NCBI GenBank assembly: GCA_002399265.1
Contig: DHDG01000041.1
Span: 1 to 40,105, forward strand
Length of the DNA: 40,105 nucleotides
Source: Firmicutes bacterium UBA4882
GTDB taxonomy: Bacteria; Bacillota; UBA4882
Direction of reading: 5' to 3'
Shown here in pieces: positions 20,146 through 29,556 of this stretch. The position numbers and the translations under genes are program-made. Numbering within the stretch: the first letter of the stretch is position 1; each line of letters starts with the position of its first letter. The notes beneath the pieces were generated by a model that saw only the letters and a program-made list of their open reading frames with translations, had not been told where the DNA came from and searched no databases.

Positions 20146-21462
20146 ATGCAGCAAACAATATGGGGCACAATCCTCGCGCTGGTACTTTATTTGACTTCTG
20201 CTATCAGCGGAGGAATTTCCAGCAACAAAAGCAACATTCCGGGAAGCGCTCCGGTCGCGCCTCCAGCCATTTCGGCTCCGGCAGGCAACACCGCCAAGGT
20301 GCAATATGGTATTATTACGCATGACAGCGTAGCGCTGCGCTCCAGTCCATCCACTGCCTCTAAGGCAATCACCACGGTGTCCAAGGGCACTGCGTTGAGC
20401 ATTATGGGTGTGTCTGGAGAATGGTATAATGTCGTACTGCCTTCGGGGACGACCGGGTGGATCGCTAAGTGGCTTGTCAAGGCGACAGATGTCCCCACCA
20501 ATGTGAAATCCGGTAAAACTGAAGTAATTGGCTATTATGTCGAAGGCTATGCCGGGGATCGCCTGTCAATGAACTCGCTGACCGCACATTCAAATACGCT
20601 GACTACTGTCATGCCGTTTTTCTATGCCGTGGATGCCAAGGGGAATATTTCGGGGCGCCATAATAACGAACCGCTGGAATATGCCCGTTCCAAAGGTCTG
20701 AAGGTAATCGCCTCGGTGCATAATATTTCGAACTCCAATTTCAGCGGCAGTGTTACCCATACCCTCTTAAGCAGTGGAACAAATCGCCGCAACGCGATTA
20801 CAAATATTGAGAAACTACTAAAAAGACATGGCTATCAAGGGATCAATATTGACTTTGAAAGTGTCTGGCCATCGGATCGTCCGTATCTGACTCAGTTTTT
20901 CCGTGAGCTCGCCTGGGCGCTGCGCCCGAAAGGCTATCTGGTAACAGCGGCTTTTCCGGCCAAAACCGCCGATTCACGTACTGACAAGTGGTCGGGAGCC
21001 TACGACTATGCCGCCATTACACCTTATCTGGATTATGCCATCTTGATGACTTATGATGAGCATTATAAAAGCGGCCCGGCCGGGCCGGTCGCTTCGCAGG
21101 GATGGGTGCGCAAAGTTCTCCAATATGCTACTGGCGTGATGCCAAAGAATAAGATTGTTATGGGACTAGCCGGTTATGGCTATGAATGGAGCGGCAAAAC
21201 AGGGCGCGCGCTTACCTTTGCCCAGGTCGAGAGCAGAGTCAAGAATTATGGGGTGACACCACGCTGGAGTGATTCTTACCAGGTACCCTATTTCTCTTAT
21301 AAAAAGAAGGGGGTTCCTTACACCGTCTGGTACGAAAACAGCCACAGCGTCGCTGCCAAAATGCGCCTGACCCAAGAATTTGATCTGCGTGGCGTAGCTT
21401 TATGGCGGCTGGGACTGGAAGACCCGCTTGTTTGGCCCAAAATTCAAACCGGCTTGAAATAG
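20146..21462 (+). CDS. Secreted SH3b + GH18 glycosyl hydrolase (YaaH/YdhD-like)
   Basis: Signal-like N-terminus; SH3 (LRSSPST...WYNV...GWI); GH18 GINIDFE, LMTYDEH, GVALWRLG. ATG 20146 with AAGGAG RBS. Confidence 0.88.
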   Translation: MQQTIWGTILALVLYLTSAISGGISSNKSNIPGSAPVAPPAISAPAGNTAKVQYGIITHDSVALRSSPSTASKAITTVSKGTALSIMGVSGEWYNVVLPSGTTGWIAKWLVKATDVPTNVKSGKTEVIGYYVEGYAGDRLSMNSLTAHSNTLTTVMPFFYAVDAKGNISGRHNNEPLEYARSKGLKVIASVHNISNSNFSGSVTHTLLSSGTNRRNAITNIEKLLKRHGYQGINIDFESVWPSDRPYLTQFFRELAWALRPKGYLVTAAFPAKTADSRTDKWSGAYDYAAITPYLDYAILMTYDEHYKSGPAGPVASQGWVRKVLQYATGVMPKNKIVMGLAGYGYEWSGKTGRALTFAQVESRVKNYGVTPRWSDSYQVPYFSYKKKGVPYTVWYENSHSVAAKMRLTQEFDLRGVALWRLGLEDPLVWPKIQTGLK

Positions 21463-21473
21463 ACCCTAGACAA

Positions 21474-21559
21474 GGAAGACGCGGGACGGTTCAGCTGCCT
21501 TGGCCAAAGGCAATCAGCCTGAGGGTAGCCAAGACAGATGAACCGTCCCCGCATCTTCC
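21474..21559. repeat. REPIN-like element 2 (imperfect inverted repeat of about 31 bp) between convergent genes
   Basis: GGAAGACGCGGGACGGTTCAGCTGCCTTGGC ... GCCAAGACAGATGAACCGTCCCCGCATCTTCC; 23-nt spacer. Confidence 0.82.
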
Positions 21560-21600
21560 CGCGACTTCCCCGCGCCCGCGCCCTATTTGTGGCCTTTGTG

Positions 21601-22587
21601 TCAGGGAGCGCTGTCCAGCAATTCGGTTACTGTCACTAACTGGTAGCCAGCGTCCCGGATGGCTTTGATGACGCGCGGTAAGGCTACGACAGTCGGACTA
21701 GTCGGATGCATGAGAATAATATTGCCATTCGTCATTTCGCGGGTGGCGCGCGCCACAATTGTGTCCGGCGCCGGCCTTTGCCAATCAATCGTATCTCTGG
21801 TCCACATAATGGTACGGTATCCGATTTCCGCCGCCACGGCCGCCACCTTATCGTTAACTTCGCCATAGGGCGGTGCAAAAAGTTTACTGGGCTCCTGTCC
21901 AGCCGCCTGCACTAGCATTTCCTGGTTTTCTGTGATCAGCCGGACCAGTTCTCCACGTCCCATTTGCGTAGGATGCCCGTGATAAAGCCCATGGTTGGCA
22001 ATTTCGTGTCCGCCTTGCGCGATTTTGCCTACCAACTCAGGAAACTGCCGAACCCAAGTCCCGACAAAATAGAACGTGGCCCGTACCTGGTTGGTTGCCA
22101 GGATATCAAGCATGGCTGGAAGAAATTCTTCTCCCCAGGCGACATTGATACCGAGCGCCATCGCCTTGCGATGCGGCGGACCCTGATAGATCGGTTTAAA
22201 GTACTCCGCCTTAATCTCCGGCTGCATCACGATTGTGGTCAGCCGTACCTCTCCGTTTTCAGGAGCACTCAGAATTTGATCGACCGTTTCATGCAAGTCG
22301 ACCATTATTCCAGGCCTTTCGGCGATAATCTCGCCACTTTCTACGTAGTACATCGCATTCTGAGGAGGACGGTTGGTTTTATCCGCCAGTTCACGCACGA
22401 CTGACAGTAATTCACTACGCAGTAGACCTCCCACAGGTACGCCTTCCACGATAACACCCGGTTTGGCACCTAATACTTTTCTGGCAATTGTTGCGCCAAT
22501 GCGCCCGCTGATTATAATCAAAATCAGGCAGACGGTGATAATCGTCAGAACGCGCACCGCTCTGGCAGATAAGAAAACTACTTTCAA
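21601..22587 (-). CDS. Membrane-anchored polysaccharide deacetylase, YlxY-like
   Basis: N-terminal TM helix; INVAWG, HEIANHG, FAPPYG, DTIDW, LMHPT. Probable TTG start at 22587 (GGGGGTG RBS); ATG 22602 is an alternative. Confidence 0.88.
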   Translation of the reverse strand: MKVVFLSARAVRVLTIITVCLILIIISGRIGATIARKVLGAKPGVIVEGVPVGGLLRSELLSVVRELADKTNRPPQNAMYYVESGEIIAERPGIMVDLHETVDQILSAPENGEVRLTTIVMQPEIKAEYFKPIYQGPPHRKAMALGINVAWGEEFLPAMLDILATNQVRATFYFVGTWVRQFPELVGKIAQGGHEIANHGLYHGHPTQMGRGELVRLITENQEMLVQAAGQEPSKLFAPPYGEVNDKVAAVAAEIGYRTIMWTRDTIDWQRPAPDTIVARATREMTNGNIILMHPTSPTVVALPRVIKAIRDAGYQLVTVTELLDSAP

Positions 22588-22639
22588 CTGCGGCACCCCC
22601 ATAGCATCACGGCCCCCATCGCGGGTTGGCCACAGTCTA

Positions 22640-22668
22640 ATTTTATGAAGCTGCAGCGCGTTGTATGA
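22640..22668 (-). promoter_or_regulatory. SigE-like promoter for the deacetylase gene
   Basis: TCATA-N16-CATAAAAT. Confidence 0.55.
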
Positions 22669-22681
22669 TCTTAGCCCAGAC

Positions 22682-22768
22682 TGGGGGAACTTTGGGGACG
22701 GTTCTAAAAGTGCCAAATCCCAAATGGTGTAAAATTGCACTTTTAGAACCGTCCCCAAAGTTCCCCCA
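22682..22768. repeat. REPIN-like element 3: perfect 32-bp inverted repeat
   Basis: 22682-22713 TGGGGGAACTTTGGGGACGGTTCTAAAAGTGC and its exact reverse complement at 22737-22768; 23-nt spacer. Confidence 0.92.
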
Positions 22769-22785
22769 AAAAGCGCCCGAAGGTT

Positions 22786-23442
22786 TCACCTCGCAAACAC
22801 ATGATTGCCGATTTCCGCGGCAACTGGCTTTTTCCTGGTCCATTTGGCAGTAGCATATGCCGGATTATAGAAAAAGAGTGAACCATCGGTTGGATCCACC
22901 CCCGACAGCGCCATCAGAGCCGCCCGTCGAGCGGTTTCACCCGGTTTAAGATTAATTTGGCCGTCTTTTACAGTACATAAAGCTCCCGGTTGATAAATGA
23001 CATCCCTGACTGTGGAAGGAAAACCCTTATGATTTACGCGGTTAATAATGACCGCGCCAACTGCTACTTGACCTAGAAAAGGCTCTCCACGCGCCTCGGC
23101 GTAAATCGCTCTGGCAAGCAACTCTACCTCTTCGGCGTCAGCGGCAACTTTACCAGGCATTATACCTCTTGAGACAGGCATGTGACTGTTTGGCCTGAAC
23201 CCATCCTTGTCCAACGGAAGCTCTCTGCTTCCAGCTCTGGTTCTGGTACTAGCCCCTGACAACAGGTTGCTGGCCGGTTGCCTTTGCAGTTGTACCTCAA
23301 CCACCTCTGTCAGCGCTGACGCCGCACTTTTTTGCTCCTCATCCACAACAGCCACCGACGGCCTGTCACTGACTGTGGACGCTGCCATTGACTGACCGCA
23401 TATACCGGCCAAGATCACGGCAAAAATAACTCCTTTGCGCAA
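22786..23442 (-). CDS. SleB/CwlJ-family cell wall hydrolase (Hydrolase_2) with signal peptide
   Basis: LLARAIYAEARGEP, GQVAVGAVIINRV, VIYQPG, DPTDGSLFFYNP, IGNHVF. Confidence 0.88.
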   Translation of the reverse strand: MRKGVIFAVILAGICGQSMAASTVSDRPSVAVVDEEQKSAASALTEVVEVQLQRQPASNLLSGASTRTRAGSRELPLDKDGFRPNSHMPVSRGIMPGKVAADAEEVELLARAIYAEARGEPFLGQVAVGAVIINRVNHKGFPSTVRDVIYQPGALCTVKDGQINLKPGETARRAALMALSGVDPTDGSLFFYNPAYATAKWTRKKPVAAEIGNHVFAR

Positions 23443-23646
23443 GACCCAATCCCCCAATAAAAGGTAATTCAGGACGTTGTCCTACGATTCGGAATTATAT
23501 CAAATGGCACTAATGATTACCAAATGCCCTCAGACGCCCTCAGCGAACCTCAGGAACGTCTAACTATTCTCAGCTTGGTTTAACTTCCTTTACGATTGGC
23601 TAACTCTGGTAAACTACCCAATGCGATGCTTGACCAAGCGCATTTT

Positions 23647-25932
23647 TTAATTTTCGCCAGCATAACGAGCTGATGCTCCAGCGGGCTGCGTCTCAGCTGT
23701 GCGCCCAAAAAAGGCCTGCAAGGCACGTAATACTTCGAATGCATTTCCCTTAACACTGCGACAATCTGGCAGCGATTCAAAGAAGAATCGACCATAGGGC
23801 TTAAGCACCAGCCGATTATCCAATACGATCACTGCCCCGCGATCGTCAACCCTGCGTATTAATCTGCCAAATCCCTGTTTAAAGCGGAGTACTGCCTGAG
23901 GCAGTGACAGCATCGCAAATGGATTTCCACCCTGGCCGCTAATTTCTTCAGCGCGAGCCTCAAACAGTGGATCCGTTGGCACAGCAAACGGCAGCTTCAT
24001 CAACACGACACACGACAAAACTTCTCCGGGAACGTCCACCCCTTCCCAAAAACTACTGGCCGCAAAAAGCACCCCGTTACCGCTGGCTCTGAACTTCTCC
24101 AGCAAAGTACTGCGGTCACACTCGCCCTGCCTGAAAGGAGTCAGACCCATCTCTTCCAATGTTTCTTGCATCATATTATGCAGTGCGGTCAGCATGCGAT
24201 ACGAAGTAAACAGCAAAAAAGCCCGTCCTTTGGTAGTTTCCAACAACTGATAAAGAAAAGCCGCCGCCTGCGTCAGAAAATCTCCCGCGCGGCTGTCCGG
24301 CAAATCAATCGGTACTCCGAATAGCAACTGGTTTTGATAATCAAATGGCGATGGGACTATCTTAGTCAGCACTCGTTCCTCCGGAATGAGATTCAAACCG
24401 TTTCTGGAACACCAATATTTCATACTGTTGGCTGCGGTCAGCGTGGCTGATGTAAAAACAGCCGCTTCTACCTGCCCGATTACTTTTTCACTGATCAATT
24501 CCGCCACTGTCAATGGTCTTTCCACCACTTTGAGTGTTAGTGAGCGTCCCGGTGTCATTTCAAGCCAGGAAGCCTTGCCCTGGAGCGGCCCGCTCATGAC
24601 TTCCACGGCAATTTGGAGTGCTGCTTTAATGCGTTCCACAGCATTAGCCAACGCCAGGGGCAGCGCCAAATCGGAATCCTCGCTAGCGAGTTTTTCAGTT
24701 TCCAGAACGTCTCTGCTGATTTCCGTTAGCAGCGCCACTGCTTTGGAAGTAATCGTCTCGACATTCTGTAACATGGAAAGCATGGCGCTCCAATTTGGGT
24801 CATTGTCAAGATTACCCGTGATACGCCAATACCGCTCGCCGCTTTCCTGACGCTGTCCAGAGGAGACGATCCCGGCCAGTGATTCAAACCATTCGCAGCC
24901 CGTTTCCAGAGCCCGGCTGCTCCAATCAAAAGCTTCGTCAATACGGGCTAATCCGGCAGCATGGTCCGCCCCCGCAGCTGGTACCGCCGCCGATGCCGAC
25001 GCCGACGTCCCCGCCGCCGCGCCTGGTCCTCCGCTTGACTGGCTGGCCCGTTCGCGTAGACGTACGAGTAAACCGTTGATCTGTCGCCCATCCCGCCGGT
25101 ATATCTCACGCCACAATCGGAGCCACTCACTATAGCCGATTTCCCGTCCAAAAAACCCGGTGGCCACTTCTTCAAAATGATGGGCTTCATCGACAATCAG
25201 AGCCTGATACGCCGGCAGAACACCCTGTTCATTTTGGCCGCCGTCTTTGATCGCGGCATCGGCCAGCAGCAAATGATGATTCACTACGATTATCTGACAC
25301 TCGGCGGCATCCTGCCGCAGTTTCCTAATAAAGCAGCTCTGCTGCATCGGGCAATACTGCCCAAGACATCCTTCACTTTGGGCATTCAACTCATGCCACA
25401 GTTCATCCGGGCAAGGCACTTTCAGCTCAGCGCGGTCCCCATACTTATAGGTCCCAAGCGCCCGCCAGATATCAAGAAAGATCCCTCTGTCAGCTGGATG
25501 CAAGCGTCCCATATCATCCTGCAGAACGCTGAAACGCCTGCGGCACAGATAATTAGAGCGCCCTTTGACCAGCATAAATGGGATCTCTTGACCGGTTGCC
25601 TGCAGCGCTGCAGGCAAATCTTTATTAACCAGCTGTTCCTGCAGGTTAATGGTATGAGTGGCGATGACCACCCTGTTATCTGTACTGACAGCCCAATAGA
25701 TAGCAGGGACCAGGTAAGCCAGTGATTTACCGGTCCCCGTCCCGGCCTCCACTACGGCAATGGATTCTGATGTAAGCGCCTGCCAGACTGTCTCTGCCAT
25801 CTGGGACTGTCCGGGCCGCGGAATATACCCCGGCACTACTTTTGACAGTGCGGCGCTGTTGCTGAATAATTGGCTCAGATCAATTTTCGGCTCCTTCGCC
25901 GCCACCTTCTGTTTCACTCTTTCCGGCCCCAC
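23647..25932 (-). CDS. DinG/YoaA-family Fe-S helicase (no N-terminal exonuclease domain)
   Basis: Q motif RPGQ, EAGTGTGKS, KGRSNYLC plus further Cys, DEAH, SATL, FWEGVD, QGFGRLIR. Confidence 0.92.
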   Translation of the reverse strand: MGPERVKQKVAAKEPKIDLSQLFSNSAALSKVVPGYIPRPGQSQMAETVWQALTSESIAVVEAGTGTGKSLAYLVPAIYWAVSTDNRVVIATHTINLQEQLVNKDLPAALQATGQEIPFMLVKGRSNYLCRRRFSVLQDDMGRLHPADRGIFLDIWRALGTYKYGDRAELKVPCPDELWHELNAQSEGCLGQYCPMQQSCFIRKLRQDAAECQIIVVNHHLLLADAAIKDGGQNEQGVLPAYQALIVDEAHHFEEVATGFFGREIGYSEWLRLWREIYRRDGRQINGLLVRLRERASQSSGGPGAAAGTSASASAAVPAAGADHAAGLARIDEAFDWSSRALETGCEWFESLAGIVSSGQRQESGERYWRITGNLDNDPNWSAMLSMLQNVETITSKAVALLTEISRDVLETEKLASEDSDLALPLALANAVERIKAALQIAVEVMSGPLQGKASWLEMTPGRSLTLKVVERPLTVAELISEKVIGQVEAAVFTSATLTAANSMKYWCSRNGLNLIPEERVLTKIVPSPFDYQNQLLFGVPIDLPDSRAGDFLTQAAAFLYQLLETTKGRAFLLFTSYRMLTALHNMMQETLEEMGLTPFRQGECDRSTLLEKFRASGNGVLFAASSFWEGVDVPGEVLSCVVLMKLPFAVPTDPLFEARAEEISGQGGNPFAMLSLPQAVLRFKQGFGRLIRRVDDRGAVIVLDNRLVLKPYGRFFFESLPDCRSVKGNAFEVLRALQAFFGRTAETQPAGASARYAGEN

Positions 25933-26762
25933 CGATCAATTGCTTTTAAGACCACGCTGTTTTCAATGATTTTGTTAAGTGAGGTAAACTCCGCCGTTAC
26001 ATGCAGCCCGATGAGCAGCAACAACAAGATCAATCCCGCCAGCGGTGATAGCGTAAACACTGCACAAGCGCCTAGTGCGGCTCCGAGCACATTTGAGCCA
26101 GTATCCCCCATCATCGCTTTGGCGGACATGTCAAAGGGCAGATAGCCAAGTAATGCTGCCAGTATTGGAAACATCAGGGTAATGCGTTCCGGCGAAAAAG
26201 CGACCAAAAACAGAGCCGCCAATCCGAAAACAAATACTTTCCCTGCTCTTCCGGGCCGCAAATCAAACAGATTAACAGCATTGGCCGATAATGCCACGAT
26301 GAGAGCATTCATTACTAGCACCGCCAAGTTGCCATTATCCATAAAGCGCGCCACAAAAATCGCGAATGCAAAGGCGGCTGCGCCTCCAAAAATGGCCTTA
26401 AAAGCTCCAGTGGTAAGCTCTCCAGATCGCAAGGCGCGCCAATGTCCTCTAAGCCCGCTTTGCGCGCGGTTACCAAGAAAATCGTCGATCATCCCGGCGA
26501 AGCCGAATGCCATCATTAGCATCAACAGGCTTAACGCCTGCCAAGGAAAATACAACCGCAGCAAAACACCAGCCGCAATCCAGAAAAAAGGCACTACCAG
26601 AATGATAACGCCTGCGGCGGTGGGGATATGGTCACCCCTGAAATTGGGCCGGGTCAGACCAGATTTGTCCAACAATGCCAGTACTTTGGGTAGCATGAGA
26701 CGCACAGAAAAAAATGAAGCCAGCGCCAGTGCGCAATGCATTAATAAAGAATATAAAGACAC
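25914..26762 (-). CDS. MraY/WecA-like membrane phosphoglycosyl transferase
   Basis: Multi-TM protein; GMIDD, NAVNLFDLRPGRA, MGDTGSN. Confidence 0.8.
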   Translation of the reverse strand: MSLYSLLMHCALALASFFSVRLMLPKVLALLDKSGLTRPNFRGDHIPTAAGVIILVVPFFWIAAGVLLRLYFPWQALSLLMLMMAFGFAGMIDDFLGNRAQSGLRGHWRALRSGELTTGAFKAIFGGAAAFAFAIFVARFMDNGNLAVLVMNALIVALSANAVNLFDLRPGRAGKVFVFGLAALFLVAFSPERITLMFPILAALLGYLPFDMSAKAMMGDTGSNVLGAALGACAVFTLSPLAGLILLLLLIGLHVTAEFTSLNKIIENSVVLKAIDRWGRKE

Positions 26763-26766
26763 CCGA

Positions 26767-27504
26767 TCACCTCGTCATTAAGCGTTTGGCAAAAACCCTG
26801 ATGACTCCCATAAACTGCTGCCCGCGATGCTGGAAGCCAGCCAGGTCTCGTCCTGTTTCATTATGTTTCATCTGGACAGGGACTTCCCGTACGCGTAAGC
26901 CCTTACGACAAACATCAATTGTCATACCGACCTCCACGCCCCACCCGGATTCAAAACTGCTGATCGCCTCAATGGCGCGCCCATTAAGCACCCGTTGACC
27001 CGACAGCGGGCTATCAAATTCGATGCCTGTAAAGAGTTTTAACCCGTTCCTGGCAGTGCGCTTGAGCAGACCGAAACCGCCCTTCCGAAGCGCCTTTGGA
27101 AAACGGGCAATCGTCATATCCACCTGGTTTTTTAAGACCGGATCAATCAGCTTTTCAAATTCCACGGCGGAACTTCCCAGGTCGCTATCGACCAGAGCTA
27201 CAATCGCGTTTGTGCCAGTGCCACCGCCAGCGTTCTCCTTCAGAACCTCCTCCAGCCCTGCGTTCAAAGCTTCGCCTTTCCCGCGGTTCTGACTCAGGCG
27301 AATCACCCGCGCGCCCGCCTTTGCAGCCTCAGCATCTGTGCTATCGTTCGAGCCATCATCGATCACGATGATATCATCAATTTTCGCAATTGCTTTCAGA
27401 GCTGTCACCGTCGCACCCACAGTGGCCGCGGCATTAAAAGCCGGAACCAGTGCGATGACGCGGTGCGTTCTTTCTGCTTCGGGCAGCAAAACCAACACCC
27501 CCAC
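26767..27504 (-). CDS. Glycosyltransferase family 2
   Basis: VPAFN, IDDGSND, NRGKG, DSD, LSGQR, WGVEV. Confidence 0.88.
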   Translation of the reverse strand: MGVLVLLPEAERTHRVIALVPAFNAAATVGATVTALKAIAKIDDIIVIDDGSNDSTDAEAAKAGARVIRLSQNRGKGEALNAGLEEVLKENAGGGTGTNAIVALVDSDLGSSAVEFEKLIDPVLKNQVDMTIARFPKALRKGGFGLLKRTARNGLKLFTGIEFDSPLSGQRVLNGRAIEAISSFESGWGVEVGMTIDVCRKGLRVREVPVQMKHNETGRDLAGFQHRGQQFMGVIRVFAKRLMTR

Positions 27505-27507
27505 CCT

Positions 27508-28392
27508 CTATAATTCCGGCAATATGGAGCGGGCCCCTTCTTTAATGCCAAAGTGACCCTTTTTATTCCAAGCTAATGAATAAATGAGCGCCACCTGTCC
27601 AGGAATGGAGTCAATGTCATCAATCACTGCCACGGATTTCTGCCGGTAATCCTTGATATACGAAGTCTCCGCCACAAACGGCTCCGAGGCAATCACAGTG
27701 GTGCCGCTTGCTTTGAATGCGTTAATCATAGGTAAGTCGATTAGGCGGCATGTCGAGCGTAGAGAGTCATGCACCCCTCCAATGATCAATACCGCGTCAA
27801 TGGATCCGGAATAATCGCCAGTTGTCTGGATCACTGCGGAATCCTGCAGAAAACCCATCGCAACTAAGCCCTGACCGCCTGCAATTTCGGTCGCCAGTCT
27901 GCCAAAAAGCTCCTGAGAGAGGTCTTTGCGAAAATCCGCCGACAGACCTAAGGCCTCCAACGTTTGCTGTTTGAAAACAGGATCGGCGAAATCAACATTG
28001 CGCAAAAATGTAGTCACCGAAGTGACTTTGGCGCCGGCGAGGCGCAACGTCGAGGCAACTTCTTTATACATTTTATCGCTGAGCGCATCGCCGGTACGGA
28101 TCACCGCGATCCTCCGACCGGGTAGCAGATCTTTGACCAAGATCGGGAGCACTTCGCGGCCAAACATCAAATTGGCGTCCAGCGCCGCCCTCTGCTCCTG
28201 TAAGCTGTGCTCTAATTGGACCTGCTCGGTGCGCAAACCCTCAAAATCGGCCACCAGGCGGTCGATCATCGCTTTTTGCTCCTGAACCAGCGTGCCATTT
28301 CCCAAGACAGCTGCGCCAATCAGAATTCCGATCCCGAGCGCCAAAAACACGGCTACCAGGGAGACAATGTGGTAACGCATATCAACCATCAT
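27508..28392 (-). CDS. steB: SteB/MctB-like protein (DUF3186, annotated 'copper transporter')
   Basis: RYHIVSLVAVFLALGIGILIG signature, a coiled coil, then LRLAGA and IDDID...GQVAL...GHFG. Confidence 0.8.
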   Translation of the reverse strand: MMVDMRYHIVSLVAVFLALGIGILIGAAVLGNGTLVQEQKAMIDRLVADFEGLRTEQVQLEHSLQEQRAALDANLMFGREVLPILVKDLLPGRRIAVIRTGDALSDKMYKEVASTLRLAGAKVTSVTTFLRNVDFADPVFKQQTLEALGLSADFRKDLSQELFGRLATEIAGGQGLVAMGFLQDSAVIQTTGDYSGSIDAVLIIGGVHDSLRSTCRLIDLPMINAFKASGTTVIASEPFVAETSYIKDYRQKSVAVIDDIDSIPGQVALIYSLAWNKKGHFGIKEGARSILPEL

Positions 28393-28409
28393 TTCCAACT
28401 CACCTCGGT

Positions 28410-29525
28410 TTATAAGCCAAAGATAATCCGGAGTTTCATCCACAATAATTCAAAGTACTGACGCATCAGATCAGACTTTCCGATAATGATCACCATTGTC
28501 AGCGCGGCCGCCAGCCCGACCCAAATCAAATAACGTGCGTTCATCCGTCCGTGATACAGCATACTGACGCCTTTGGCATCCACCAGAATTGAACCGACTT
28601 TCAGCCTTGACAGAAAGGTACTGGCCATACCTTTTCGGCCCTTTTCCAAGAAGTCAATCATATTAGAATGCGTGCCTACCGCGACAATCAGCGCCGCATT
28701 CTTTTCATAGGCCAGTAACAGGGCTACATCCTCGCTGGTGCCAGGGGCAGGCAACACTAGCGGCTCCAGACCCATCTCACGGAGCCGCTCCAAGCCAGGT
28801 GCACGTCCATCGGCATAGGCATGCACAATAAGCTCCGCGCCGCAGCGCAAAGCCTCGTCAGAAACACTATCCATGTCGCCAATAATCAAATCCGGCCGGT
28901 AACCGCACTCCAAAAGAGCATCGGCACCGCCGTCCACACCGATCAGGACGGGCTTCATTTCCCGTAGATATGAATTGATGGTATTGAGATCTTCCCGATA
29001 GTAATGTCCCCGTACCACAATCAGAACATGCTTGCCTGTAATAGCGGTGCGCAGTTCCGGAAGATCCATCCTCCCGAGAATCAATTCCTTTTCCTTAACG
29101 GCAAAATCCAACGTATTCTGGATGAACTTATCAAGCTCGTCGGCCAAATTGGCTTCTGCCGCGCGCATCAACTCCGCAACATGCGCGGCAGTCATAATCG
29201 TCCCGGAAGCGATTACGCGTTCACTACGGATTACTTCCTGATCAATTATTTCTATAAGATCACCTTCGACAATATCTTGCATGACGGCGCTTCCGACTCC
29301 ATCAAGCAAAATTATACCCGCTTCCACAATGGTACGCGGGCCAAGGTTGGGATATCTGCCGCTGATGGATTGGCTGGCGTTAATTACTGCGCGCACTTTG
29401 GCTTTGACCAAAGACTCCGCAGCCACCTGATCAAGATCGACATGGTCGATGACGGCAATGTCACCAGGTTTAAGGCGTTTGACCAAATCTTTGGTACGTC
29501 GATCTACTCTGGCCGTACCCCGCAC
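28410..29525 (-). CDS. steA: SteA-like putative cytokinetic-ring protein (thiamine pyrophosphokinase-like fold)
   Basis: DRRTKDLVKRL.PGDIAVIDH.DLD, SGRYPNLGP, VVRGHYYREDL, GVDGGADAL, GDMDSVSD, STFLSRLKVG, C-terminal TM. The start (GTG 29525) is uncertain. Confidence 0.85.
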   Translation of the reverse strand: MRGTARVDRRTKDLVKRLKPGDIAVIDHVDLDQVAAESLVKAKVRAVINASQSISGRYPNLGPRTIVEAGIILLDGVGSAVMQDIVEGDLIEIIDQEVIRSERVIASGTIMTAAHVAELMRAAEANLADELDKFIQNTLDFAVKEKELILGRMDLPELRTAITGKHVLIVVRGHYYREDLNTINSYLREMKPVLIGVDGGADALLECGYRPDLIIGDMDSVSDEALRCGAELIVHAYADGRAPGLERLREMGLEPLVLPAPGTSEDVALLLAYEKNAALIVAVGTHSNMIDFLEKGRKGMASTFLSRLKVGSILVDAKGVSMLYHGRMNARYLIWVGLAAALTMVIIIGKSDLMRQYFELLWMKLRIIFGL

Positions 29526-29556
29526 AGCAATACGTGGGCTTCCAGCACTGGTGCTG

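Noticed and set aside
22588-22758. Long N-terminal extension of the deacetylase in the ORF track
   Set aside because: It is translated REP and promoter DNA; a better RBS and start lie at 22587.
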